Shown here: one piece after another, positions 37,606 to 47,894 of the stretch | Layout: every line of letters begins with the position of its first letter | How positions within the stretch are numbered: position 1 is the first letter of the stretch | Made by a program: the position numbers and the translations under genes | Notes under the pieces: generated by a model | Databases searched by the model: none | What the model was told of the DNA's origin: nothing | What the model saw: only the letters and a program-made list of their open reading frames with translations | Assembly (NCBI GenBank): GCA_902575395.1 | Contig: CACGRA010000003.1 | Span: 1 to 62,194, forward strand | Length of the DNA: 62,194 nucleotides | Source of the DNA: an uncultured Fidelibacterota bacterium | Lineage (GTDB): Bacteria; Fidelibacterota; Marinisomatia; Marinisomatales; Marinisomataceae | Reading direction: 5' to 3'

Positions 37606-39324
37606 TTGAAACGAATCTCTGTCAAACAGAGAGAAAAATTGTGCAAATTTCAATTTGCTTCCATCAATAACTAAATTTCCATCTTTTATTTCTTGTTTTG
37701 CATCTGCAAGGCCGACTGATATTCTTTTCCAAGTCATTGTAGCAACAGTTGCTGTTGCATCAGCATCATTAGGTATATTTTGAGTAATCTCAATAATGCT
37801 ATTTCTTAATATCATTCCAAATGTTTGGCCAGTATCAGACATTGTAAAGCCAATTTTTATTGATTTTCCACTTGCTTTCTTGTGATTAAGGCGTGGAGGC
37901 ATTGCATTAAAAAATGTTTGGATAGGAATCCTTTCAATCTGTCCATCTGTCGATTTGTATTGTTCATGGGGAGTAATAAGCCCCATAATTTCATATGCAT
38001 CTGATAAATACCAATTACGTGCAATAGGATTTGTTTCTTTTTTCCCTAAAACAATTAAAGCATTTCCATATAGCTCTTTAATAGTTTTGTCATTAGGGAA
38101 GTTGGAAAAACCAATTTCGCATAACTCAGCTGCCCATTGGAAATCTTCATTATTATTTGCTTCTCTTATCAATTCAATTAATGCTTCTTTAGATCCAATA
38201 ATATTTAATAGTCTTTTATTGCGTTCTTTATCAGATAAAGGTTCAAGATTAATTGCTTTTCCATCAAAAAATCCAATATAACCATTGTATACATTGCGAA
38301 TACTCCAACTAACTTTTCCATATTTTTCTTCTAAGTCAAAATTTTCTTTAAAGAATGAAGGATATTCAAATTCTTCAACTAATTCGTCCGGAGTCTTTCC
38401 TTGATTCATTCCTCTTATTGAATAGTCATGGATATATTGAACAGCGTCCCTATAAATAGTTAATCGATTATATACTTCTTCTTTTCCAGATAAATAAGGT
38501 CCATGACAACTAATTAAATATTCTGGATTATAAGCACGCATTTCATCAACTGATTTATACCATTTATATGTATCCCGATATGATGAACCTCGAATAGTGT
38601 ATAGATTAGGAAAACGCATGTAATAATTGTCACCAGAAATAACCACTTCTTTATCAGGGTAGTAGAGGATAATTTGATCATCTGTTTCTCCAGGAGAATG
38701 GGTTACTTCTAATGTAATACCTGCTGTTGTAATAGTGCTAATTTTCTCTTCTAATAAATGGGTTGGATAGATGATTGGAGGCTGTACAAAATCCCATCCA
38801 AATGCAGTCCCTAATCCATGTCCCCATTGTTGCACTTCATCTGGTAAAAAATATCCAAATTGTTTCATTCCTCTTTTTGTTAGAATAGGTCTTAATAAAT
38901 TCATTGAAGTATCAAATCCTTGTTCAAAAGTTTTATGAGCATACACTTTGGTATCTTCTTCAAAAAAAGCTTGGCTTCCTCTCCAGTGATCAGGGTGAGA
39001 ATGGGTATAAAAAATTGCTTTAATTGGTTGGTCAGATATTTTACGGAATTCCTCAGCAATCTCAGATGCAACAGCATAACTTTCCGTGGTATCAATAATA
39101 ATGTTACCGCCGTCCCCAATAATTAAAATAGAATTTGCTAGACCATATCCAATTGCTACATATACATTGTCTACAACTTGGTATACTCCTTTTTCAAAAT
39201 AGAACTCATCTTTCATACTAATATTTTCACTGAAATCATGAGCAGGAGGTTGAATCTTTTCCTCTTCAGAACAAGCAATAAAAACGATTAAAGCGACTAT
39301 AAAAACAAGTGATTTATTTTTCAT
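37591..39324 (-). CDS. Alkyl/aryl sulfatase (SdsA1-like MBL fold, dimerisation and SCP2 domains), lipoprotein
   Basis: THSHPDH, PGET.DQ, PNLYTIRG..YRD, YGKV.W, ARNWYL; start at Met24 of the ORF gives lipobox FIAC. Confidence 0.88.
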   Translation of the reverse strand: MKNKSLVFIVALIVFIACSEEEKIQPPAHDFSENISMKDEFYFEKGVYQVVDNVYVAIGYGLANSILIIGDGGNIIIDTTESYAVASEIAEEFRKISDQPIKAIFYTHSHPDHWRGSQAFFEEDTKVYAHKTFEQGFDTSMNLLRPILTKRGMKQFGYFLPDEVQQWGHGLGTAFGWDFVQPPIIYPTHLLEEKISTITTAGITLEVTHSPGETDDQIILYYPDKEVVISGDNYYMRFPNLYTIRGSSYRDTYKWYKSVDEMRAYNPEYLISCHGPYLSGKEEVYNRLTIYRDAVQYIHDYSIRGMNQGKTPDELVEEFEYPSFFKENFDLEEKYGKVSWSIRNVYNGYIGFFDGKAINLEPLSDKERNKRLLNIIGSKEALIELIREANNNEDFQWAAELCEIGFSNFPNDKTIKELYGNALIVLGKKETNPIARNWYLSDAYEIMGLITPHEQYKSTDGQIERIPIQTFFNAMPPRLNHKKASGKSIKIGFTMSDTGQTFGMILRNSIIEITQNIPNDADATATVATMTWKRISVGLADAKQEIKDGNLVIDGSKLKFAQFFSLFDRDSFQLVVD

Positions 39325-39372
39325 ATGATAAATATACATTATAATAAATTGAATTTTTAGATAAATTAGCCT

Positions 39373-40059
39373 GTGATAAATAGCGGATACCAAAAAGGCC
39401 TTCTAATACAATTATTGTTTATCCCATTATTAGGGTTAGCAATTCTTTTCTTTAAAGGAGGAACTATTAATGACCCAACAACGGTAGGATATTCATTTTA
39501 TGGTAATTTTATTAGTGAACTTGGGGCGGTTACTGCACATAATGGTGAATTCAATAGTCCTTCTATATTCTTTTTTATTGGAGCGATGCTATCTGTTGCA
39601 GTAGGGTGTGCTTTATTCTTTATAGAAGAGAAAGAATTGTTGGATTCTACAAAGAATACATTTGTTTTCGCTAAAATAGGGACATTTTTTGGAATATTAG
39701 CTGCTATTTGTTTTGGATTGGTTGCTATTCCATTTGATGCATTTGAAGGAAGCAAGATGGTTCACACTTACGCTGCACAATATGCCTTTAGATGTATATT
39801 GTTAGCACTAATTTTTAATGGCATTGCTATTGTGTTTGATCCAAAATTTCCTACAATATTTGGAGTTTTAAATCTTTTGGCTTCTTTTGCAGTAGCAAAA
39901 CATTCTGTCGATATGTATTTAAATGATTTTTATAGCGGATACATTCCGTTGTCAGATGTAATTCTCTCTCAAAAAATTGCAGTGATGTCTCTTGTAGTTT
40001 GTTTTCTTGCTCGTATTGTGGGAACAAAATTTATATTGGAGAAGTTAGGTAAGGTATGA
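39373..40059 (+). CDS. Membrane protein, DUF998-like
   Basis: GYSF..NFISELG motif, 5-6 TM segments. Confidence 0.6.
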   Translation: MINSGYQKGLLIQLLFIPLLGLAILFFKGGTINDPTTVGYSFYGNFISELGAVTAHNGEFNSPSIFFFIGAMLSVAVGCALFFIEEKELLDSTKNTFVFAKIGTFFGILAAICFGLVAIPFDAFEGSKMVHTYAAQYAFRCILLALIFNGIAIVFDPKFPTIFGVLNLLASFAVAKHSVDMYLNDFYSGYIPLSDVILSQKIAVMSLVVCFLARIVGTKFILEKLGKV

Positions 40060-40931
40060 GTCATATATCTTTTTTTAATGGAAAGTTTATACCGACCAAT
40101 GAAGTTTCACTGAATCTTATAGATAATTTTTTAACTGTAGTGCGTGGTTATCAAGTATTTACATTTTTAAAAACCACCAATCAAGGACAGCCTATTTTTC
40201 TAGATCATCACATTAATAGGGTATTTAATAATGTTAATAAGATGAAGATGGCAACTCAAGAGTCAAAAAATGATGTTAGAAATTTGGTTTTTGAAACATT
40301 AAGCAAAAATGATTGTTCTAATCAGGAGTGTAATATAATGATAACATTTTTAGGAGGGAAACCAGGAGACAGTTCAGGGTTGATTCCTGCGCATCCATCA
40401 CGCTTGTTAATTTTTATTACCCCTGCTAGAAAACATCCAGAAGAATTTTATACTAATGGCATATCAATCGGCCTTATTGAACATGCCCGTTCGAATGCTG
40501 ATATAAAAGCACCAATGACTTATGGTCCAGCATTGCTTGCACAAAATACCTTAGCCAAAGATAATGCATACAATGAAATATTATACACAGATAAAGGTAA
40601 AGTATTAGAAGGAACAACTTTTTCATTTTTTATTATCAAAGACGATGAAAGCGTAGTGACGTCAAAAGCAGACGGATCTATATTGAGTAGTATTACCCGT
40701 CTTGCTTTGATAGATATCTTAAAAAATAATCAAATAAGCATAGAAGAAAAAGATTTGACATTAGATGAAGTATATAAATCTAAAGAAGCATTTATCGCAT
40801 CATCAACTCGTGATATTATTCCTGTTATTTCTATTGAAAATAATATTATTGGCGATGGCAATATAGGTATTGCCACAAAAAAAATAATGGAGTTATATCA
40901 ATTAGAATTATCAAAAATAAAATCTGATTGA
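40056..40931 (+). CDS. PLP fold-IV aminotransferase (D-amino acid/branched-chain family)
   Basis: RGY.VF, H..R, catalytic Lys in DIKA, EGT..SFF, IL.SITR, EAF..SS. Confidence 0.85.
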   Translation: MSHISFFNGKFIPTNEVSLNLIDNFLTVVRGYQVFTFLKTTNQGQPIFLDHHINRVFNNVNKMKMATQESKNDVRNLVFETLSKNDCSNQECNIMITFLGGKPGDSSGLIPAHPSRLLIFITPARKHPEEFYTNGISIGLIEHARSNADIKAPMTYGPALLAQNTLAKDNAYNEILYTDKGKVLEGTTFSFFIIKDDESVVTSKADGSILSSITRLALIDILKNNQISIEEKDLTLDEVYKSKEAFIASSTRDIIPVISIENNIIGDGNIGIATKKIMELYQLELSKIKSD

Positions 40932-40965
40932 TTTATGAATATTTATGTGTAAGATTATGTAAGCG

Positions 40966-40990
40966 GGAACAATTAATAAACTATCTCGTT
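40966..40990 (+). promoter_or_regulatory. Putative ECF sigma-factor promoter
   Basis: GGAAC-N16-CGTT in the intergenic region, 38 nt upstream of ATG 41029. Confidence 0.5.
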
Positions 40991-41028
40991 TACATTATTA
41001 TAAGATAACAACATAAGGGTTTAGTAAA

Positions 41029-41427
41029 ATGAAACATGTAGGTTTAGTTTTATTATTCAGTTTTTCAATTTTTTCTTGTACTTCGCCTGCTGCAACTGCA
41101 GTGAACAATGACTTTACTTTAGGAAAAGTGCAATCTCAGTTAACAAATGGCATGAATAGTTCTCAAGTAGTTGCACTGTTTGGATCACCTAATTTAGTTA
41201 CCAGCAGAAAAGAAGGTGGAGAAACTTGGACATATGATAAAATATCTCGAGAAGCAGAAGCTTCACAAGTTTCTGGATTAGGAGCGGGTGCAAGCGGAAG
41301 ATTCTTTGGTATTTTTGGAGGAGGCCGTAGCAAAAGCTCTGTGTCAAATAAGAATTTAACTTTAATAGTTGTATTTGATGAAAATGGCACTGTTGTTGAT
41401 CACAAATACCAAAGCGTTAAATACTAA
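41029..41427 (+). CDS. SmpA/BamE-like lipoprotein
   Basis: Lipobox IFSC, GM...QV..LFGSP, ETW.Y, L.V.FDE.G.V. Confidence 0.7.
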   Translation: MKHVGLVLLFSFSIFSCTSPAATAVNNDFTLGKVQSQLTNGMNSSQVVALFGSPNLVTSRKEGGETWTYDKISREAEASQVSGLGAGASGRFFGIFGGGRSKSSVSNKNLTLIVVFDENGTVVDHKYQSVKY

Positions 41428-41442
41428 AACATTTCTTATCCA

Positions 41443-42111
41443 ATGATTAGAAAAACTGCAATTTATCTTCTTATTGTAAGCCATATTTTTGTTGTGAGCT
41501 GTAGTAGTTCTGCGCCTAAGCCTTCAACAACAGTAAAACGCGCAATCGAAACAAGAGATTATAACGTAGATTTCGATACATTAATGAGAGCTTCAATTGG
41601 AGTGTTGCAAGACCTAGGATATACTATTGATGTTTTAAATGATAGCTACGGTCTTATTACTGCCTCAAAACAAACAACAAATGTAAAAGGGAAGTCTGAT
41701 AATGATGAAATCAAAATAGGTGATGTTATTCTTGGCACGCTTGCAATCATTACATTAGTAGCTCTTTGGGATAATGATGATGACGATGATGGAGACTGTT
41801 TCTTTTGCGGTGGAGGAGGCGGTGGAAGTTCCGATGATGATGGACCAAATGTATATATATTAAAAACAACAATGAATGTTACTGAAAATTCTGAAGATCC
41901 AGTTTCTAGCTCTATTCGTGTAAATTTTGAAGCGAGTATGGAACGTGGAGGAAAAATTAGATATGCAGGCACTCAATACTCTAGTGAATTTTTCCAATCA
42001 TTCTTTGGCGCACTTGATAAATCGTTATTTTTAGATGAAAACATAGGATTAGAAGGAACAGTTATAGATGAAGTAGAAGCTTCAAATGAAGTTTCATTAA
42101 TTGTCAATTAA
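41443..42111 (+). CDS. Hypothetical lipoprotein (possible BamC-like helix-grip fold) with Asp/Gly low-complexity insert
   Basis: Lipobox VVSC, TR.Y...A..GVLQDLGY.I.....YGLITA. Confidence 0.6.
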   Translation: MIRKTAIYLLIVSHIFVVSCSSSAPKPSTTVKRAIETRDYNVDFDTLMRASIGVLQDLGYTIDVLNDSYGLITASKQTTNVKGKSDNDEIKIGDVILGTLAIITLVALWDNDDDDDGDCFFCGGGGGGSSDDDGPNVYILKTTMNVTENSEDPVSSSIRVNFEASMERGGKIRYAGTQYSSEFFQSFFGALDKSLFLDENIGLEGTVIDEVEASNEVSLIVN

Positions 42112-42159
42112 ACAGCTTCTAATTAAGTATAATTTTTCTTATACTTTATAACATAAATC

Positions 42160-45100
42160 ATGGGTATAAGACAATTAAAATATTTTTTCTTGGGGGTTTT
42201 ACTTTTTTCGATTCTTTTTTCATCATCTGGAAGAAAAAGTCATTCTTCTGAATTATTGAATAGAGGACGAACTATTCCTATTGCTTTATCTGAAGATTTC
42301 CTAGTTACAGCAAGAACCTTCTCAACGCTTATTCCAAGAACAGTAGATGTGTATGATTTGTATAATGGAATTAATTCTCTACAAAAGACTGCAGAGATTA
42401 CTGCTCCATTTTCAAGCGTAGGAGATGATTTTGGTTTTAGTGTTGCTTTGCATGAAGATTATTTATTAATTGGAGCCCCTGGATCAAACAATGGCCATGG
42501 AGCTGCTTATTTATATCATAAGAATTATGCGGGTGATTGGGTACTTATCAAAACGTATGAAAATCCGAATCAAGAAGTATTCCAGAAATATTCTCAAAAA
42601 TTTGGTTATAGCGTTGCTTTAAATGATAAATATGTTGTTATTGGTTCTCCGTTCTACAATGATGGTAATGTCTTTATTTATGATTTTAATCCAGAAACAC
42701 AAGACTTTGCATATCAAAACACTCCATTTAAAACAATTGATGTTCGCAATTTAGGAGATGTAGAAGGATGCTATGAAGTGGGTCCAGACAAATTTGGATT
42801 TGGTTTATCGCTCTCTTTTAATAATAATAAACTACTTATCGGATCACTAAAGAATTTTGTTTATTTAACAGAGTTCAATAATGGTATTATTAGCGGAACA
42901 GAGATTAAAGTTCCTGAAACTGAAGGACAGCAAGAATCTTTTGAGTCAGGGTTTGGAAAATCAGTATATGTTAGTGACTCTGCTCTCTACATAAGTGCGC
43001 TAGGTTCTAATGAAGGAAAAGGAAAAGTTTTTGTATATCCTTATGTTGATTCATCTAGCAAAACAGATGAAGACCCATGGAAAAACCATTATACTATTCA
43101 ACCAGAAGGTTTGTCAGAAAACAGTCATTTTGGATATCAAATAAGCGAGATAAATAATCGTTTAGCGGTTACTACATTTAACCAATCTAAAATCTATCAA
43201 TATATAAGAAATGAAAAGAATAATCGATTTGACCTCAATCAAACAATTATAAATGATGAATATACAAAGAGTGATCATTTTGGTAGAAATATTGCATTAG
43301 TAAATGATGGATTTATAACAGATGCATATTATGCTGATGAATTGATTTTATATAGCAATGTTAATCGTGGCTCTATTAATAGTTTGTCTACTAAAGCGGA
43401 AGTGTCATCTATTAAAAATAAAATTGAATGTACTGGTGGTGTTGCTGGGTCATATGAATGTAATGAGATTGATTTAATGGCTTATATGGATAAAACCGAT
43501 ATTGGAGGGAGTAGCAATACTAGCTTAAATGATATTTGGGGATGGACAGATCCTACTACTCAAAAAGAATATGCTTTAGTTGGGTTAAGTAATGGAACTT
43601 CTTTTGTAGATATATCTGATGCAGAAAATCCAATATATTTAGGTCGATTACCAACCCATACAAATAATTCTACTTGGAGAGATATTAAGGTATACAATAA
43701 CCATGCTTTTATTGTGTCAGAAGCAGGCGGGCATGGGATGCAAGTGTTTGATCTAACAGAATTGCGAAATGTAACAAATCCTCCAATTCAATTCACTGCA
43801 ACAGCACATTATGGACAATTTGGTAATGCGCATAATATTTTTATTAATGAAGATACTGGCTTTGCATATGCAGTAGGAACTAGCACTTGTGGTCCTGGTG
43901 GATTACATATTGTAGATATCAGCAATCCAGTTGCTCCTGCAAAAGCAGCTTGTGTTTCTGATCCTTCAACTGGAAGAAGTGGGACAGGGTATGTGCATGA
44001 CGTGCAATGTGTTGTTTATAATGGGCCAGACACGGAGCATATTGGAAAAGAGATTTGTGTAGGGTCAAACGAAACAAATGTTTGGGTTGCTGACCTGTCA
44101 ACAAAGAGTGATGATTCCAGTGGAGCAAAGACAATTGGCCTTGGATCATACGATGATTATTATACACACCAAGGATGGTTAACAGAAGATCATCGATATT
44201 TTATTCAAAATGATGAATTGGATGAAAATAATGGTGCAGTGAATAATACTCGTACTTTAATATGGGATTTAGAAGATTTAGATAACCCAACGATTGAAAC
44301 AACATATTTTGGACCAACCCCATCCATTGATCACAATAATTATGTGATTGGCAATTATGTGTATATGTCACACTATACAAGCGGACTTCGTATTTTAGAC
44401 ATTACTGATATATCTAATCCATCAGAAGCTGCATTTTTTGATGTGTATCCAAATAATAATAATACATCTTTTGATGGCACATGGAGCAATTATCCATATT
44501 ATGGAAGTGGTAATATAGTAGTAACAAGTATTGATGAAGGCCTTTTTGTATTGCGTCCAACTTTTAACACCAATCAGCCATCTGCTCCAACTGGTATTTC
44601 ATATACTATTCCAGCAGATGGTACTGTCACTTTCTCATGGAATATTGGCGATGATTCATCAATAAGTTTTAGAATTTATAGGGGAGAAGAGCCAGGATTT
44701 ACAACTTCATCATCAAATTTAATTGCAGAACTAACATATCCTACATCTACTTATTCAGATGCAAATTTAGATACAAGTAAGACATATTATTATAAGTTGT
44801 CCGCAGTGAGTAGCGATGGAGTTGAAAGTAGTTTATCCTCAGAATTTAAGATTAGGCCTTTGACATATATTAATGCACCTCCAACAATTGATGCAATTGC
44901 AAGTATTGAAATGAATGAAGATAATTCAACTTCCGTAAACCTTACAGGTATTTCCTATGGGGGAGATGCAAATTCTCAAGATATTGAAGTGTTAGCATAT
45001 ACAGCAGAAACTAATATATTTTCTGATTTAACTGTTAATTATAATAGCCCATCTCCTATAGGATCTCTTGATTTAGTCCCAGATGCAAATGCAAATGGAT

Positions 45101-45876
45101 TGTCTACTATTTATGTTACAGTAAAAGATAATGGCGGCACAGAAAATGATGGAATTGATTCAGTGCGAGTTGCTTTTAATGTGAATGTTTTGCCAGTAAA
45201 TGATTCTCCTGATTCATTCACAGTTGCAGGTGAACAAATTATTGGTTCGGGTCAATTTTTGACAAATGATTATTTATTTATTACACCAGAAAACCAAGAA
45301 GATTCATTGCGATTCGTATGGAATCCATCATTTGACGTTGATGGAGATCAAGTGCAATACCGTATGATTGGGTATGAAGATTTAGAATTTTTAACAACTA
45401 CATCATGGATTAGCGATACATCAATTGCATGGTCTATGAATGATTTAGCTGCTCAAACAGATACAGTGAATGTTTCTGAAGGTTCATGGTCTATCCTTGC
45501 TACTGATGGTGAATCATTTAAAAATGCAACTACTGGAACACTTGGTAATCTAAAGATAGATGCTAGAGCATTGGTGCCAGATGTATTTGATTTAAAACAG
45601 AATTATCCAAATCCATTTAAAACTTCAACAAGCATTGAATATGATGTTCCTGAGACGCAACAAATTGTTATTCGCATATTTAATGTTAGAGGACATTTAG
45701 TGCGAACTCTTATTGAAGAAGAACAATCTCCAGGGTATAAATTAATCGTATGGGATGGCACAAATGATGATGGAGATCAAGTTAGTTCTGGAGTATACTT
45801 CTGTCAAATGTATACACCATCTAATCCAAATGGCGGACGATTTGTTCGAACAAAGAAAATGTTACGATTAAGGTAG
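42160..45876 (+). CDS. Large secreted protein: FG-GAP repeats, choice-of-anchor B domain, Fn3/Ig domains, FlgD/T9SS-like C-terminal domain
   Basis: FG.SVA...IGAP repeats; NDIWGWTD, WRDIK, HGMQVFDL, YTHQGW, IDHN; QNYPNPF...WDG...SSGVYF...KKML. Confidence 0.85.
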   Translation: MGIRQLKYFFLGVLLFSILFSSSGRKSHSSELLNRGRTIPIALSEDFLVTARTFSTLIPRTVDVYDLYNGINSLQKTAEITAPFSSVGDDFGFSVALHEDYLLIGAPGSNNGHGAAYLYHKNYAGDWVLIKTYENPNQEVFQKYSQKFGYSVALNDKYVVIGSPFYNDGNVFIYDFNPETQDFAYQNTPFKTIDVRNLGDVEGCYEVGPDKFGFGLSLSFNNNKLLIGSLKNFVYLTEFNNGIISGTEIKVPETEGQQESFESGFGKSVYVSDSALYISALGSNEGKGKVFVYPYVDSSSKTDEDPWKNHYTIQPEGLSENSHFGYQISEINNRLAVTTFNQSKIYQYIRNEKNNRFDLNQTIINDEYTKSDHFGRNIALVNDGFITDAYYADELILYSNVNRGSINSLSTKAEVSSIKNKIECTGGVAGSYECNEIDLMAYMDKTDIGGSSNTSLNDIWGWTDPTTQKEYALVGLSNGTSFVDISDAENPIYLGRLPTHTNNSTWRDIKVYNNHAFIVSEAGGHGMQVFDLTELRNVTNPPIQFTATAHYGQFGNAHNIFINEDTGFAYAVGTSTCGPGGLHIVDISNPVAPAKAACVSDPSTGRSGTGYVHDVQCVVYNGPDTEHIGKEICVGSNETNVWVADLSTKSDDSSGAKTIGLGSYDDYYTHQGWLTEDHRYFIQNDELDENNGAVNNTRTLIWDLEDLDNPTIETTYFGPTPSIDHNNYVIGNYVYMSHYTSGLRILDITDISNPSEAAFFDVYPNNNNTSFDGTWSNYPYYGSGNIVVTSIDEGLFVLRPTFNTNQPSAPTGISYTIPADGTVTFSWNIGDDSSISFRIYRGEEPGFTTSSSNLIAELTYPTSTYSDANLDTSKTYYYKLSAVSSDGVESSLSSEFKIRPLTYINAPPTIDAIASIEMNEDNSTSVNLTGISYGGDANSQDIEVLAYTAETNIFSDLTVNYNSPSPIGSLDLVPDANANGLSTIYVTVKDNGGTENDGIDSVRVAFNVNVLPVNDSPDSFTVAGEQIIGSGQFLTNDYLFITPENQEDSLRFVWNPSFDVDGDQVQYRMIGYEDLEFLTTTSWISDTSIAWSMNDLAAQTDTVNVSEGSWSILATDGESFKNATTGTLGNLKIDARALVPDVFDLKQNYPNPFKTSTSIEYDVPETQQIVIRIFNVRGHLVRTLIEEEQSPGYKLIVWDGTNDDGDQVSSGVYFCQMYTPSNPNGGRFVRTKKMLRLR

Positions 45877-45880
45877 TTTC

Positions 45881-46498
45881 TTGAGCTGGTTACGCAAGCT
45901 ATATGATTGGGTGCTTACTTTAGCAGATAGCGCTTATGGAACTATCACCTTATTTATTGTTTCATTTACTGAATCATCTTTTCTTCCAATTCCAGCTGAT
46001 CCTTTGTTAATTGCATTAGGGTTAGGAAAAACAAAACGTGCATTTTATTACGCATTTATTTGCACAATAGCTTCTGTAATGGGTGGCATATTTGGATACT
46101 TGATTGGATATTTTCTTTGGTGGAATCCTTCTCCTCCTGATTTTTCTGGAATAGCAATGTTCTTTTTTAATGTTGTGCCAGGATTTACTGAAGATTTATT
46201 TGAAAAGGTAAGAATACAATATGAAGCTTATAACTTTTTTGTAATTTTTATGGCAGCATTTACTCCAATTCCATATAAAGTATTTTCAATCAGTGCGGGA
46301 GCATTTTATGTTAATTTATCAACTTTTATTATTGCTTCAATACTGGGTCGTGGACTACGTTTTTATATGGTCAGTGCGTTGGTATGGTTTTTTGGTCCAG
46401 GGGTTAAGAGGATAATGGATAAATACTTTAATTGGTTTATTATTATTTTAACCATTGTTTTTACTTTAAGTTATTTTCTTATTGGATATATATTTTAA
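45881..46498 (+). CDS. YqaA/DedA (SNARE-associated) family membrane protein
   Basis: SF.ESSF.P.P.D, FTPIPYK, GR..RF. Confidence 0.88.
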   Translation: MSWLRKLYDWVLTLADSAYGTITLFIVSFTESSFLPIPADPLLIALGLGKTKRAFYYAFICTIASVMGGIFGYLIGYFLWWNPSPPDFSGIAMFFFNVVPGFTEDLFEKVRIQYEAYNFFVIFMAAFTPIPYKVFSISAGAFYVNLSTFIIASILGRGLRFYMVSALVWFFGPGVKRIMDKYFNWFIIILTIVFTLSYFLIGYIF

Positions 46499-46517
46499 TT
46501 TGTAATATCTTCTGTCC

Positions 46518-47876
46518 ATGAAACGTTTATTGAATTTATCTTTCCAATTTTTAAGAGTTTATATACTATCTCTTATTTTGTTTACTTGTGCTGCAAGCAT
46601 TCCTGATGTTAAAGCAACAAACAGTGATATTACCGTGGATGATTTTCGTTCTCATATTGGATACCTTGCCTCTGACGGTTTAAAAGGAAGGATGGCTGGT
46701 ACAATAGGAGATGAATTAGCGAAAGATTATATCGTTAATCATTTTACCAATGCTGGACTTCCTGCTAAAAGAACTGTTGAAGTGCAAGAGCATTATGTTA
46801 GACCAAGTAGAATGAGCAAAGAAAAAGTGCTCACTTATAATATTATTGGTATACTCCCAGGTAATGATCCAATATTGAAAGATGAATATGTTGTTATTGG
46901 CGGACATTACGATAGCACAAAAAATCCTGTTCTTCCTATCAATCAAGTAATAAGAGAAAAAATAGGCGTAATGTTTGGAAATCCTGAATCAACTTCTAAA
47001 AATACTTTTTTTGATAGAATTGATAGAATTAATAATGGGGCGGATGATAATGCTTCAGGAACTGCAATGACACTTGAATTATTTGAAAAATATGCATCTT
47101 TAAATAATCACAAAAGAACCTTAGTATTTATTTTATTCGGAGGAGAAGAATTGGGTCTTCTTGGTTCGAAGTATTATACTGATAATCCTACAATACAATT
47201 AGATAAAGTGCAATTAATGGTCAACTTAGATATGATTGGAAGATTGGATGATGAGAAAAATGTTTACTTAGGAGGTGTTCCAACAGCAAAGGATTTAGAC
47301 AAGGTTATTGATTCATTTTCATCAGTTGATAGCAGTCTTAATGTAATAAGCTATAATCATAGTGTAAGCGGTGTTCGCAGTTTATTTTCTCGTTCTGACC
47401 ATTACAATTTTTATAAAAATGATATTCCATCTTTATTTTTCTTTACTGGAATACATCCTGACTACCACACTCCAAGAGATGAGATAGATAAAGTCAATTT
47501 TGACGGGTTAAAGCTTATTTCAAACCTAGTAGACAAAGTTGTTGATGAAGCAGCAAATAGAAGTGAAAAATTTGAATTTAAACCTTTACCTGCTGAAGAA
47601 AATGAACAACCTCCAATGAAGATGGAAGTTACTTTAGGTGTTATGCCAGACTATGCTCATGATGGAAAAGGACTAAAAATTGATTCAGTTATCGCTAAAA
47701 GACCTGCTAAGAAAGCAGGAATGATTGATGGTGACATTGTATTAAAGATTCAAGATACTGATATAGATGATATCTATAAATATATGGAAGCTTTATCAAA
47801 GCTAAAACCTGGTTCAAAAGCGAAAGTAATCGTTCTCAGGAATGATGAAGAAATAGTATTAGATGTACAATTCTAA
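46518..47876 (+). CDS. M28 family aminopeptidase with C-terminal PDZ domain
   Basis: GGHYD, GADDNASG, GEE.GL.GS, NLDMIGR, SDH, YH; LGVMPDY PDZ. Confidence 0.92.
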   Translation: MKRLLNLSFQFLRVYILSLILFTCAASIPDVKATNSDITVDDFRSHIGYLASDGLKGRMAGTIGDELAKDYIVNHFTNAGLPAKRTVEVQEHYVRPSRMSKEKVLTYNIIGILPGNDPILKDEYVVIGGHYDSTKNPVLPINQVIREKIGVMFGNPESTSKNTFFDRIDRINNGADDNASGTAMTLELFEKYASLNNHKRTLVFILFGGEELGLLGSKYYTDNPTIQLDKVQLMVNLDMIGRLDDEKNVYLGGVPTAKDLDKVIDSFSSVDSSLNVISYNHSVSGVRSLFSRSDHYNFYKNDIPSLFFFTGIHPDYHTPRDEIDKVNFDGLKLISNLVDKVVDEAANRSEKFEFKPLPAEENEQPPMKMEVTLGVMPDYAHDGKGLKIDSVIAKRPAKKAGMIDGDIVLKIQDTDIDDIYKYMEALSKLKPGSKAKVIVLRNDEEIVLDVQF

Positions 47877-47894
47877 TTAAATACAGGAAAGAAA

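Noticed and set aside
39325-39393. N-terminal extension of the sulfatase ORF overlapping the divergent gene
   Set aside because: Met at 39324 gives a clean lipoprotein signal and removes the head-to-head overlap
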